This document shows positions 1-10,602 of a stretch of DNA of 20,000 nt, piece after piece. How positions within the stretch are numbered: the first letter of the stretch is position 1; each line of letters starts with the position of its first letter. Position numbers and translations under genes: made by a program. Source of the DNA: Chiloscyllium plagiosum (taxonomy: Eukaryota); the NCBI RefSeq assembly GCF_004010195.1, contig NC_057749.1:18508839-18528838 (forward strand), given 5' to 3'. The notes under the pieces were generated by a model. The model saw nothing but the letters and a program-made list of their open reading frames with translations. It did not search any database and was not told where the DNA came from.

Positions 1-3000
1 GGAATGTTTTCTGGGGCAGGTGGGACCTGTACACGAAGGACAGGTTGCATCTAAACTGGAGGGACACCACTATCCTGGCAGGGGGTTCAGGAGGGTTTAA
101 ACTAATGTTGTGCGGGGTTAGCAACCAGAATAGTGGACCAGCATATGAAATGGCTAAGGGAGGAGTTAGAGACTGTGGCCAGTCAGGCTAAGAAGAACAG
201 ATAGGGGAGCTACTGAGCACAGTGGGACTGAAATGTATTTGTTTTAACGCGAGAAATATGACAGGTAACAAAAATGAACTTGCAGCTTGGATTATTATAT
301 ATAGTTATGTTCCTGTAGTTATTACAGAGACTGATTGAGAGAGTGACAACTGGCAACTTAACATTCCAGGATTTAGATGTTTCAGACATGATAGAGGGGG
401 ATGTGAAAGAGCTTGGGGGAGATGTGTTATGATTATAAAGATTATTACAGCTGTACTGAGGGATGACACCTTGGAGGGTTCATCCGGCAATGCAGTGTGG
501 GTAGAGCTCAAGGGTGCAATCCCCTTTGGGTTTTAATACAGGCCTCCCAAAAGCCAGTGGGTGATAGAGGAACAGATGTGGACAGATTATGAAACAAATG
601 TAAAAATAGGGTTGCTCTGGTGGGTGATTTTAACTTCATCTATGTTGACTTGGGCTCTCTTAGTGCCAGGGGTTTGGATTGGGGGGAGGGAATTTGCTAG
701 GTGTGCTCAGGAGGGTTTCTTGAAGCAATGTGTAAATAGTCCAACTCGGGAAGGGGCCGTTCTCGATCTGATATTGGGCAATAATCAAAGTTTCAGTGGG
801 AAAGCAACTTGGGAACAGCGACTTTAATTCTGTAAGTTTTAGGTTGCCTATGGGTGGGGATAAGAGTAGTCATCTGGTGAAAATAAAGATGGGAGGTGGC
901 TGACTATAATAATATTAGGTTGGAACTGAGGAATGTAGATTGGAATCAGCTGTTTGAGGGTAAATCCACATCTTTTAACGGCCAGTTGATTAGAGTTCAG
1001 GACCAGCATATTCCTGTGAAAATGAAGGATAAGGATGGCAATATTCGGGAACCTTGAATGATGAGAGAAATTGTGAGCTTTGTCAAAAGGAAAGGAGAAG
1101 CGTACGTAAGGTTTAGGAAACTGAAGACAGACAGGTCTCTCGAGCATATAAAGAAAGCAGGGGAAAAAAAACAAGAAGTTAGGAGAGCTAAGAGAGGCCA
1201 TGAGATGTCCTTGGTAAACAGGATCAAGGAAAACCCCAAAGTGCTTTATCCATTTATAAGGAACAAGAAGGCAGCCAGGGAAAGGAGGGGATTTATACCT
1301 GAAACCAGAGGAAATGGGTAAGGTCCTCAACAATTACTGTCATTAATATTCACAAAGGTAAAGGATATGGTGGATGGTGAGTCTCAGGAGAGATATGTTG
1401 ATATTCTAGGGTATGTCGATATAAAATTGGTGTTGAGTGTTTTGAAAAGTATTAAAGTAGACAAGTTCCCAGGACCTGATGGGAGGTGAGGAAGGAAATT
1501 GCTTGGGCCTTGTCGAGGTCCCAGCGGAATGGAGAATAGCCAGTGTTGTTCCTCTGTTTAAGAAGGGAAACAAGGATTATCTGGGAAATTACAGGCCAGT
1601 GGCCTTACTCAATTATTGGAGAACAGTCTTAGAAACAGGGTTTACTCACATTTGGAAAAACGTGGACATATTAGCAATAGGTAGCATGGCTTTGTATGGA
1701 GCAGATCATGTCTCACAAAGTTGATAGAGTTTTTTGATCAAGTGACAAAGATGATTGACAGCAGGGCATTGATTTTGTCTACATAGGCTTCAGTAAGACC
1801 TTTGACAAGGTCCCTTATGGCAGGCTAATACAAAAGGTGAAGTCACATGGAATCTGCAGTGAGCTGGTAAGATGGATATAGAACTGACTTGGTCATGGAA
1901 AACAGACAGGAGTGGTGTAAGGGTGTTTTCCTGATTGGCAATATAGTGTTCAACAGAGATATGTGCTGGCACCCTTGTTTGTATTATATATAAATGTTTT
2001 TGAAGAGAATGTAGATGATCTAATTGGTAAGTTTGCAGATGACACAATGATTGGATTAGCTGCAGATAGTGTGGAGGATTGCCAGAGGTTACAACAGGAT
2101 ATAGATAGGGTGAAAACTTGGGCAGAGAAATGGCAGATGGAATTTAATCTGGATAAACATGAGGTGAAGCATTTTGGAAGGTTTAATGCTGGTGGGAAGT
2201 ATACAGTCAATGGCAGAACCCTTAGAAGTATTAACATACAGAGGGATCTCGGCATACAGGTCCATAGTTCCCAGAAAGTAACAACACAGTGGATAAGGTG
2301 GTCAAGAAAGCAGATACGTGTTTGCCTTCATTGATTGGTGCACAGAGTATACTCGTAAGTTATGTTGCAGCTGTATTCCACATTTGGAATATTATGTACA
2401 GTCCTAGTTGTCAGACTCCCAGAAGAATGTTGAGGCTTTGGAGAGGGTACAGAAAATGTTTAGAACATAGAACAGTACAGCGCAGAACAGGCCCTTCAGC
2501 CCTCAAAGTTGCGCCGACCTGTGAACTATTCTCAGCTCGTCCCCCGACACTATCCCATCATCATCATCCATGTGCTTATCCAAAGATTGTTTAAATCTCC
2601 TTAATATGGTGGGTTTACCAGGGCCTTGCCTGACTTGGAGGGTAAAATCTATGAGGCGAGGTTGGAAAAATATTGTTTTCACCTAAAAGTTATAGGCTGA
2701 AGGGCAACCTGATAGAAATTTACAAAATTACGAGGGCTATGGATAGAAAGGATAGTCGGAGTCTTTTTTCCCCAGGGTAGCAATGTCAATTACTGGGACA
2801 TAGATTTAAGGTAAAAAAGGGGAAAGTTTAACTGAGATGTGAGAGACATTTGTTTACAAGGAGGGTGGTAAATGTCTGGAATGCACTACCAGAGGAGGGG
2901 GTACAGAAGGATATAATAGCATAATTAAAGAGGCACCATGACAAATATATGAATAGAGGCATACGGACCGTGTGGAGGCGAAAGGTTTTCAGTTTGGAAA

Positions 3001-3070
3001 GATATAATTTGGGCATAAGCTTGGTGGGCTGAAGGGCCTATTCCTGTGCTGTACAATTATTTGTTCTTCT
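1..3070 (+). mobile_element. Long decayed CR1 LINE (end of ORF1, ORF2 endonuclease + RT, 3' tail), starts before the window
   Basis: From nt 3: NVFWGRWDLYTKDRLHLNW (SGNH-esterase-type ORF1 end). ~228: LKCICFNARNM (APE endonuclease start), then SPTREGAVLDLILGN. RT motifs WRIASVVPLFKKG..GNYRPV and LYINVFEENVDDLIGKFADDT..WAEKWQMEFN. Tail GGGCTGAAGGGCCTATTCCTGTGCTGTAC near 3026-3054. Many stops and frameshifts. Confidence 0.95.
2460..2610 (-). mobile_element. Short antisense CR1 3'-end fragment nested in the long CR1
   Basis: TAGAACATAGAACAGTACAGCGCAGAACAGGCCCTTCAGCCC is the reverse complement of a CR1 tail and resembles 6417-6560. The host CR1 is interrupted after GGTACAGAAAATG and resumes at GTTTACCAGG. 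Confidence 0.85.
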
Positions 3071-3944
3071 TTGAATCGTCTTTGTTTTTAAAGGGCAATA
3101 AAAAAAATCTGATCTCTTGCTAATTCCCCATTTCTTGATTTCCTGTGTCCAACTAGCAGCTGCTGCCTTTTACCCTTGGTGATTCTGTTTGAATTTTTTC
3201 ATCAGTGAACGTTCTCACTGCTCCCTCTGATCTTGCATTTCAAAAGGAATGTCTCCAAGCAGCTCGCTTTCTCATTCTGTACACAGTATCTCTTCCTCTC
3301 AGCAACACTCCATTCTCCTGTAAAAGGCAGGCCTTTCCAGTGCTTCATCTAACCCTGTTCATCCACTTCCACTCGTGCTCCTGGTCAAGGTACTGGAAGG
3401 CCTGCCTGTGACCTTTCTCTCCCTAGCCCTCCCGTTTTACACAGCTGTACCTGTTACTAGATCGATCTGATTGTATCTCTTATTCTACAGAATCTTATAA
3501 ACAGGCTCCCTCCATTGCTCATCCTTGCTCTGTTGAAATTTAGGCTTATTGGTGTAGTCTTTTGATCTGACTGTTTGGTGACATCTGTAGGACTCTGTGC
3601 CCTCTCTCTTTCAGTCTTTCTCAGTTTGGAAGTCCAGCTTGGTATCATCTGGGAAATATTACCTCTGTTTCATTGTCTCGTGTCCTATTTGGTTTCCTGC
3701 ATTTTGATTCTTTGTGTAGATTTCTCAATTAGAAGTAAATACTCAATACTTCATCGGAGTTTGTTCACTGCTGTGAGACAGAGTGGAGGGGCACTGTAAC
3801 CTAAATTACGTGCTAAACTTCTTTCTCTTATTCGGTCAGTCTCCTAAACTGCCTGGTCGCACCTCGGTCCTGATAGTTCGCCTGTCATTCCAATGTAACG
3901 CAGGCTGCTTGATAAAAAGCTGAAATTCAGCTGTCATGTGCAGT

Positions 3945-4308
3945 TAAGAGAGTCATACAACACAGTGACAGACCCTTTGGTCCAACTTGTCTGTGCTCAC
4001 CAGACATCCCAATCCGACCCAGTCCTATTTACCAGCACATGCTCCATATCCCTCGAAACCCTCCTATTCATGTACCCATCCAGATGCCTTTGAAATGTTG
4101 TAGTCATACCCACCTCCACTACTTCCTCTGGAAGCTTGTTTCCTACATGTATCACCCTCTGTGTGAAAAAGTTACTCCTCAGGTCCTTGTTAAATCTTTT
4201 CCCTCTCACCTTATGCCATCTAGTTTTGGACTCCCCTACCCCTGGGAAAAGACCTTGGCTCTTTGCCCTATCTGTGCCCCTCATCATTTCATACACCTCT
4301 ATAAGGTC
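3945..4308 (-). mobile_element. 5'-truncated CR1 3' end, antisense
   Basis: Minus ORF reads DLIEVYEMMRGTDR..LFPGVGESKTRWHKVRGKRFNKDLRSNFFTQRV (CR1 ORF2 C-terminus). Similar to 8697-8985. Confidence 0.9.
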
Positions 4309-4382
4309 AAACCTCCTCATGAAAGAGAACGAGGAGAGCGAGCGATCGATAAAGAACTGCCCCAGTTCTTCACCATCCCAGC
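4309..4382 (+). repeat. 74-bp duplicate of ZNF609-like exon sequence 5766-5838
   Basis: Direct alignment by eye: 3 substitutions and one inserted A relative to 5766-5838. Confidence 0.97.
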
Positions 4383-5474
4383 CTCCAATCTCCAAAATAT
4401 TAACATTAATAGAACGAAGGGAATGGGTAATCTGATTACAAATACATATAATTTTGTCTTAATAGATTTATTAGCCAGAGTTGATGCTTTATTTTGGTCA
4501 AAATTGTTGATTTTTTTACTTTGCAAAGAATTGGTAGCATTGTCAAAATCCCAGCCTTGCCTCCATTCTACTTGAGCTGTGCTGCTATGCAGGCAAAGGG
4601 CTACTCAGTAGATATTACTCTAGGCCTCAGAAAGCACGCTGATCAGCCGCAGTCATGTACTGATGTGCAAGTGTAGTAGAAATTTGTTCAGAACCCCACT
4701 GAGCTCCAAACCTGCCTCCAACTATCGTATTCATTTCGCCCATTGTAGCACTGCTAAATTGTAAATTAGGGCAACATGAATTAATATTTTTTTATTTTGA
4801 ATTTTACTTAAAGGGGACTTCTCTGTTTCTGTATTAGAGGAGGCTAGCCATCTTTTAACTAGTCCAGGACTGGACAGAGAGTATTGCATTTTGGTTCATG
4901 CGAAAATATCTTGTGGAGGGATGCTCACTGCAAGGTAGTACTGGTAGAATGGATTTCTCAAATTTGTAATTTCAAAACTGTTAAGCCATCACCTTAAAAT
5001 GTAAAGTGATCTTCAGTTGAGAACGGTTGGAAATCTCCATCTGCTAAGTATAATGATTCAAAGTGAAACTGGTTTAGGCCTAGTCAAGCAACACCACAAT
5101 GCTCACATTTTCTGCCGTTTTTGTATTTAGTCACTTTCTCCCAGTAAGATTTGGGAATGCTTGACAACTGATGTGATGAGGTTGGATAAAGGCATATTAT
5201 TGAGATGACAAGAGAGCTATGTTTAATTGTTCTACTCTTGGGGTTGGCATTCCCTCGCACTGACATCCCTCGCTTTGATAAAGATGAAATTTGTGTGTTC
5301 ATAATATGGGGAACGTAGTTATCCTCCAGAGGTGAATATCTCAGTTAGTGTGCTCCGTGTCCTTGGTCGAGCTGAATACCCTTCACAATTGACTGATGCA
5401 TCAAGGAAAGTGGATGGTCTTTTTCTTTGTCTTGACATGAATTGTTCCCACAAGCAACAACTGTGTTGAATGAC

Positions 5475-5700
5475 TGCTTAGCCAGGACACCAGACAGACT
5501 TCCAGCTGCTCTGTAAATAGTGTCATATGATAGTTTGTGCCCATTTTGAGAGACAGGATCTCAATTTAACACTTGATTCAGAAGAACACACCCCAAACAA
5601 TACAGCAGTCCAGACACCGCACAGTACTGCAACCTGGGTAATTAGTTTGAATCCTGGAATGAGGCTTAATGTGATATCTTAGACAAGAGTACTCTTGACT
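5475..5700 (-). mobile_element. Old DeuSINE-like (SacSINE1/AmnSINE1-related) fragment
   Basis: GCCAGGACACCAG..CTGCTCTGTAAATAGTGTCATATGAT..GACAGGATCTCAATTTAACACTTGATTCAGAAGAACACACC resembles the reverse complement of the Deu domain as I recall it. Heavily diverged; boundaries approximate. Confidence 0.55.
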
Positions 5701-5756
5701 AAGGCAAATTGACCAAGATGTGTGTAATATTAATGGGTATTTTTTTTAAAACCTAG

Positions 5757-5916
5757 ACGAGTGATAAACCTCCTCATGAAAGAGAACGAGGAGAACGAGA
5801 GATCGATAAAGAACGGCCCCGTTCTTCACCATCCCAGCGACAGATCACCTCACATCATCACCTTGGGATGGGCTACCCGTTACTCCCAGGGCAATATGAC
5901 CTTCCATATGCAACAG
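5757..5916 (+). CDS. ZNF609: ZNF609-like penultimate coding exon (160 nt, phase 0 to phase 1)
   Basis: Acceptor tattttttttaaaacctag| and donor CAG|gtagga. Translates [53 protein letters not shown](G), matching the recalled ZNF609 C-terminal pattern SDK..RPRxSPSQR..HHHLG..LLPxQYxLPYA. Confidence 0.9.
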
Positions 5917-6415
5917 GTAGGACACAGTTACTCTTCATGTACTGGTATATTTAGAATTGGTAAGTGGAATTCAGTAATTCTGAGGTATCAGTTGATGGAC
6001 AATGTTGCATTGAGCTGCTTCACCATCTTGACTGCAGCCAAGTTCCAACCATGCATTCAGACCCAATGTTGGGTGTGTATTATCTCTTCCCACTTAACAT
6101 TTCCTTGAAGTGATTTTTTTTAACTAAGAATGGTTTAATTTTAACATACAACTGTGAAGTTACTGGATATCAAATTTATTCTAAAGTGGTTGCTGATGGC
6201 CGTTTCTTATTTGGCCTTTTGGGGTTTGATATAATTCAGAATAAATGTGTATTAAGGAAACAGTTATTAGTTCCACTATTAACATGGCTTATGCTCTCAG
6301 TTCTTATACAGCTGACAGATCCTCTAAATAATCACAGGAGGGGGACCATTTGGCCCATCATTGTTCTGCCAGTCATTAAGATTGTGGCTGGCCTAAATCG
6401 AATTCCATAAACCTG

Positions 6416-7004
6416 CCATAGAACATTACAGCACAGTACAGCCCCGTTGGCCCTCGATGTTGCGCCAACCTGTGGAACCAATCTGAAGCCCATCTTTCCT
6501 ACACTATTCCATTCTCGTCCATATGTTTATCCAGTGACCATTTAAATGCCCTTAAAGTTGGCGAGTCTACTACTGTTGCAGGCAGTGCATTCCATGTTCC
6601 TACTACTCTCTGACATCTGTCCTATATCTATCACCCCTCAGTTTAAAGCTATGTCCCCTCATGCTAGCCATCACCATCTGAGGAAAAAGGCTCTCACTGT
6701 CCACTCTATCTAACCCTCTGATTATTTTGTAAATCTTAATTAAGTCACCTCTCAACCTTCTTCTCTCTAATGGAAACAGCCTCAAGTCCCTCAGCCTTTC
6801 CTCATAAGGCCTTCCCTCCATATCAGGCAACATCCGAGTAAATCTCCTCTGAACTCTTTCCAAAGCTTCCACATATTTCCTATAATGTGGTGACCAGAAC
6901 TGTATGCAATACTCCAGGTGTGGCTGCACCAGAGTTTTGTACAGATGCAGCATGACCTCATGGTTCTGAAACTCAATCCCTCTACCAATAAGAGCTAACA
7001 CACC
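6416..7004 (-). mobile_element. 5'-truncated CR1 3' end, antisense, well preserved
   Basis: 132-aa minus ORF LYKTLVQPHLEYCIQFWSPHY..LERVQRRFTRML..LERRRLRGDLIKIYKI, plus a CR1 tail at 6417-6450. Confidence 0.95.
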
Positions 7005-7028
7005 GTTTGGGTTTGTTGCTGAGAAATC

Positions 7029-7998
7029 TTCAAGACCATCAATAATGCCCTTACTGGCATAAAGTTCACTAATGAGGAGGAAAACAACAACTAACTGCCA
7101 TTCCTAGATGTCACAGTAGAGCGAACAGCCAATGGGGAACTTCAAACCAGCGTCTACAGGAAAACAACACATACGGACCAAATATTGAACTACAGAAGTA
7201 ATCAATCCAACATCCACAAACGAAGCTGCATCAGAACATTATCTTAATGAGCCACCACACACTGCAGCACAGAGGAACTATGCAAAGCAGAGGAAATCAC
7301 CTATACGATGTTTTTAAAAAGAATGGGTACCCAATGAACACAGTCCTCCGATTTCTCAGCAACAAGCCCAAACAAGCAGACAAAACACGTCCAGAAACCC
7401 TAGCCATGCTCCCCCACATCAAAGACATCTCGGAAATGACTGCCAGACTTCTCAGACCCCTTAGCATCATGGTAGCACACCAACACTAAAACAGCAGTTA
7501 TACAGACAACAAGCAGAACTAATGTCATTTACAAAATACCGTGCAACAACAAACACTACATTGGGCAAATAGGCAGAAAACTAGCCACCAGGATACATGA
7601 ACATCAACTAGCCACAAAACAACATGATCCTCTCTCACTAGTGTCCTCACATATGGATGAGGAAGGACACCACTTCGACTGGGACAACACATCCATTCTA
7701 GGACAAACCAAACAGAGACATGCACGAGAATTCCCAGAAGCATGGCATTCCAACCGGAACTCTATCAACAAACACATTGACTTGGACCCCATTTACTACC
7801 CCTTGAGAGAAAGAACAGGGAATGACATCACCAAACATAGAACTACAAAGCAGGAATCATTAGTAGTGCTTCGTCTGGAGGCTCACTGAAGATGGTACCT
7901 AACATGGTGATGGAACATCAGAAAATGAACATTCCAGCTCAGCGAGCAAAGCTGCATCTAGAGCCTCAACCTGAGCCGCAAATCTTCTCAAAACTCAC
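7029..7998 (+). mobile_element. Penelope-like retroelement, 5'-truncated (RT C-terminus, GIY-YIG endonuclease, 3' repeat region)
   Basis: IKFTNEEENNN*LPFLDVTVER..TSVYRKTTHTDQILNY (PLE RT thumb), then NVIYKIPCN..HYIGQIGRKLATRIHEH (GIY-YIG) and GHHFDWDNTSILG..REFPEAWHS. Disrupted by stops and frameshifts. Confidence 0.93.
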
Positions 7999-8534
7999 TA
8001 ATGATGTAAAATCCCTAACCACAGGAATGTGAACAAGGAAATGCTATAGATATAGTTACCTGAAACATGTTGAATTATAAAGCAGCAGCACTTATCTAAA
8101 TAGTGTATCTTCTGTATTTCAGCAACCAAAGTGCTATATTAAAATGATGTTGATAATGTTGAGGGAACTGTTTGGGTAGATGTGAAAAATTTCCAGACCA
8201 CTAGTTTTCCTTTCCAGATTGGGGAGGTTACAATGTGTACATATTTCCTCAGCCTTCACTTTGGATGTGTCACTTTCATGGTCTGCTTTGGAGAAATTGC
8301 TGGGGGTCGAGGAAATTCTTGTCACACCTCTCTATTGTGTCTCTTAAGACATTATGTAGCAGAGTGGGGGTAGGCTAGAGAAAGGAAGGCTCTCTTTAAT
8401 CAGGATGGTCCAGTCATCATGGGGGTGGAGTGGGGCTGAAAAGGCCAATTGGTCTGTTCCTGCTGATCTTGTTTGGTTTTGATTGCGTTGCTGCACTTGA
8501 CCGTCTTACCCTGTAATCCTCTCCATATTACCAG

Positions 8535-8620
8535 GTCTATCCTCACCAGCCATTGTCACAAGCCAACAGGCTGCTGCACAGGCCTCGGTGTCGACCCTGT
8601 TCCCACCAGCCAGAAGGTGA
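8535..8620 (+). CDS. ZNF609: ZNF609-like last coding exon, stop TGA at 8618-8620 (exon probably ends at 8625)
   Basis: Acceptor ctctccatattaccag|. Phase-1 join to the 5757-5916 exon gives (G)LSSPAIVTSQQAAAQASVSTLFPPARR*, matching the recalled ZNF609 end GLSSxAIVxSQQ..L(Y/F)PPxRR. Donor ATG|gtaaga follows at 8625/8626. Confidence 0.9.
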
Positions 8621-8696
8621 GAATGGTAAGAAAAACCAACTCTTTTTCCCACTTGCACGTTTAGCGATGCTAATAAAAGTCAGTGGTGTTTACTTC

Positions 8697-8986
8697 TTAG
8701 AGTCATAGAGATGTACAGCACGGATACAGACCCTTCAGATCAACTCATCCATGCCAATCAGATATCCTAAATTAATCTAATCCAATTTGCCAGCACTTGG
8801 CCCATATCCCTCCAAACCCTTCCTATTCATATACCCATCTTGATGCCTTTTAAATGCTGTAATTGTACCAGACTCCACCACTTCCTCTGACAGCTCATTC
8901 CATACACACACCATCCTCTGCGTGAAAAAGCTGCCCCCTAGATTCCTTTTAAATTTTTCCCCTCTCACCCTAAACCTGTGCCTCTA
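8697..8986 (-). mobile_element. CR1 3' end, antisense
   Basis: Minus ORF RGEKFKRNLGGSFFTQRMVCVWNEL; tail begins TTAGAGTCATAGAGATGTACAGCA. Confidence 0.9.
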
Positions 8987-8987
8987 C

Positions 8988-10150
8988 TTAGAGTCATAGA
9001 GATGTACAGCATGGAAACAGACCTTTCGGTCCAACCTGTCCATGCCGACCAGATATCCCAACCCAATCTAGTCCTACCTGCCAGCACCTGGCCCATATCC
9101 CTCCAAACCCTTCCTATTCATATACCCATCNNNNNNNNNNNNNNNNNNNNNNNNNNNNNNNNNNNNNNNNNNNNNNNNNNNNNNNNNNNNNNNNNNNNNN
9201 NNNNNNNNNNNNNNNNNNNNNNNNNNNNNNNNNNNNNNNNNNNNNNNNNNNNNNNNNNNNNNNNNNNNNNNNNNNNNNNNNNNNNNNNNNNNNNNNNNNN
9301 NNNNNNNNNNNNNNNNNNNNNNNNNNNNNNNNNNNNNNNNNNNNNNNNNNNNNNNNNNNNNNNNNNNNNNNNNNNNNNNNNNNNNNNGTACTCAGTACTC
9401 TGACCAATAAGGGAAAGCATACCAAATGCCTCCTTCACTATCCTATCTACCTGCGACTCCACTTTCAAGGAGCTATGAACCTGCACTCCAAGGTCTCTTT
9501 GTTCAGCAACACTCCATAGGACCTTACCATTAAGTGTATAAGTCCTGCTAAGATTTGCTTTTCCAAAATGCAGCACCTCACATTTCTCCAAATTAAACTT
9601 CATCTGCCACTTCTCAGCCCATTGGTCCATCTGGTCAGTATTCCATTGTACTCTGAGGTAACCTTCTTCGCTGTCCACTACTCCTCCAATTTTGGTGTTA
9701 TCTGCAAACTTACTAACTATACCTCCTATGTTCACATCCAAATCATTTATATAAATGATGAAAAGTGGACCCAGCACCGATCCTTGTGGCACTCCACTGG
9801 TCACAGGCTTCCAGTCTGAAAGTCAACCCTCCATCACACTCTCTGTCTTTTACCTTTGACCCAGCTCTGTATCCAATTGGCTAGTGCTCCCTGTATTCCC
9901 TATGATCTAATGTAGCTAACCAGTCTACCATGAGGAAACTTGGCAAACACCTTACTGAAGTCCATATAATCACGTCCACTGCTCTGCCCTCCTTAGTCCT
10001 CTTCGTTGTTACTTCAGAAAACTCCAATCAAGTTTGTGAGACGTGATTTCCCACGCACAAAACCATGTTGACAACCCTAATCAGTCTTTGCCTTTCCAAA
10101 TACATGTAAATCCTGTCCCTCAGGATTCCCTCCAACAACTTGCCCAGCAC
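8988..10150 (-). mobile_element. Second antisense CR1 (3' tail, gap, RT domain)
   Basis: Second TTAGAGTCATAGAGATGTACAGCA tail. After the gap, minus ORF SGVPQGSVLGPLFIIYINDLD..SKFADNTKIGG..WAEKWQMKFN. Continuity across the gap is assumed. Confidence 0.9.
9131..9387. other. Assembly gap (257 N)
   Basis: Run of N inside CR1 sequence. Confidence 1.
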
Positions 10151-10602
10151 CTCATCTAGATATCAGTGCTTTGAGGTACAGAATACACAAATAGTCTTTT
10201 ACTCAACCTCAGCAAAAGTCCATCCTTCCTACTGATCACAGAATAACATGCAAAGAAGCTTTATGAAGTGTTGGTGAATGCTGTCAGGGTGAATTGTAGG
10301 ATTTATCTGATCACCATAGTCATCAGCTAGAGAATGGGGGCAATGAGAACTGACAAATTTCTTGGGGTATGTGTTTTACCTTTGATTCTCCTGCAAGAGG
10401 ATATCATTTCGGGTCGCTCCAGGGAAAGGGAGAAAGCTGTGTTTACTCAGTGTGTGAATACTGACACCTACTGTTCACATAGCATTGTATTGGATAGAAT
10501 CAAAAAGAGTTTCATTTTATAACTCGCCTTTCAGTAGCACCTTTCACAATTTCAAGATGTTCCAACTAGCTTCACACAAAATAATGGGTAAAGGTCTGTT
10601 CA

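Noticed and set aside
1..3070. Active autonomous LINE or domesticated RT
   Set aside because: Numerous stops, frameshifts, deletions and a nested insertion.
3180..3800. Pyrimidine-rich stretch, possibly an ancient L2 LINE
   Set aside because: Only faint resemblance; no motif I can support.
4039..4575. 178-aa + strand ORF as an independent gene
   Set aside because: Chimera of antisense CR1, the exon copy and intron DNA; no other sign of a gene.
5761..6108. 115-aa [15 protein letters not shown]..
   Set aside because: Wrong frame over the real exon and runs into the intron.
6320..6415. Possible very old antisense CR1 tail
   Set aside because: Too short and diverged to call.
8103..8160. Extra exon after acceptor-like tcttctgtatttcag (8122)
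   Set aside because: Exons 5757-5916 and 8535-8620 already join in frame to a complete C-terminus; no recognisable peptide here.
8978..9804. Long ORFs spanning 9131-9387
   Set aside because: Lengths are inflated by N bases; the real part is CR1 RT.
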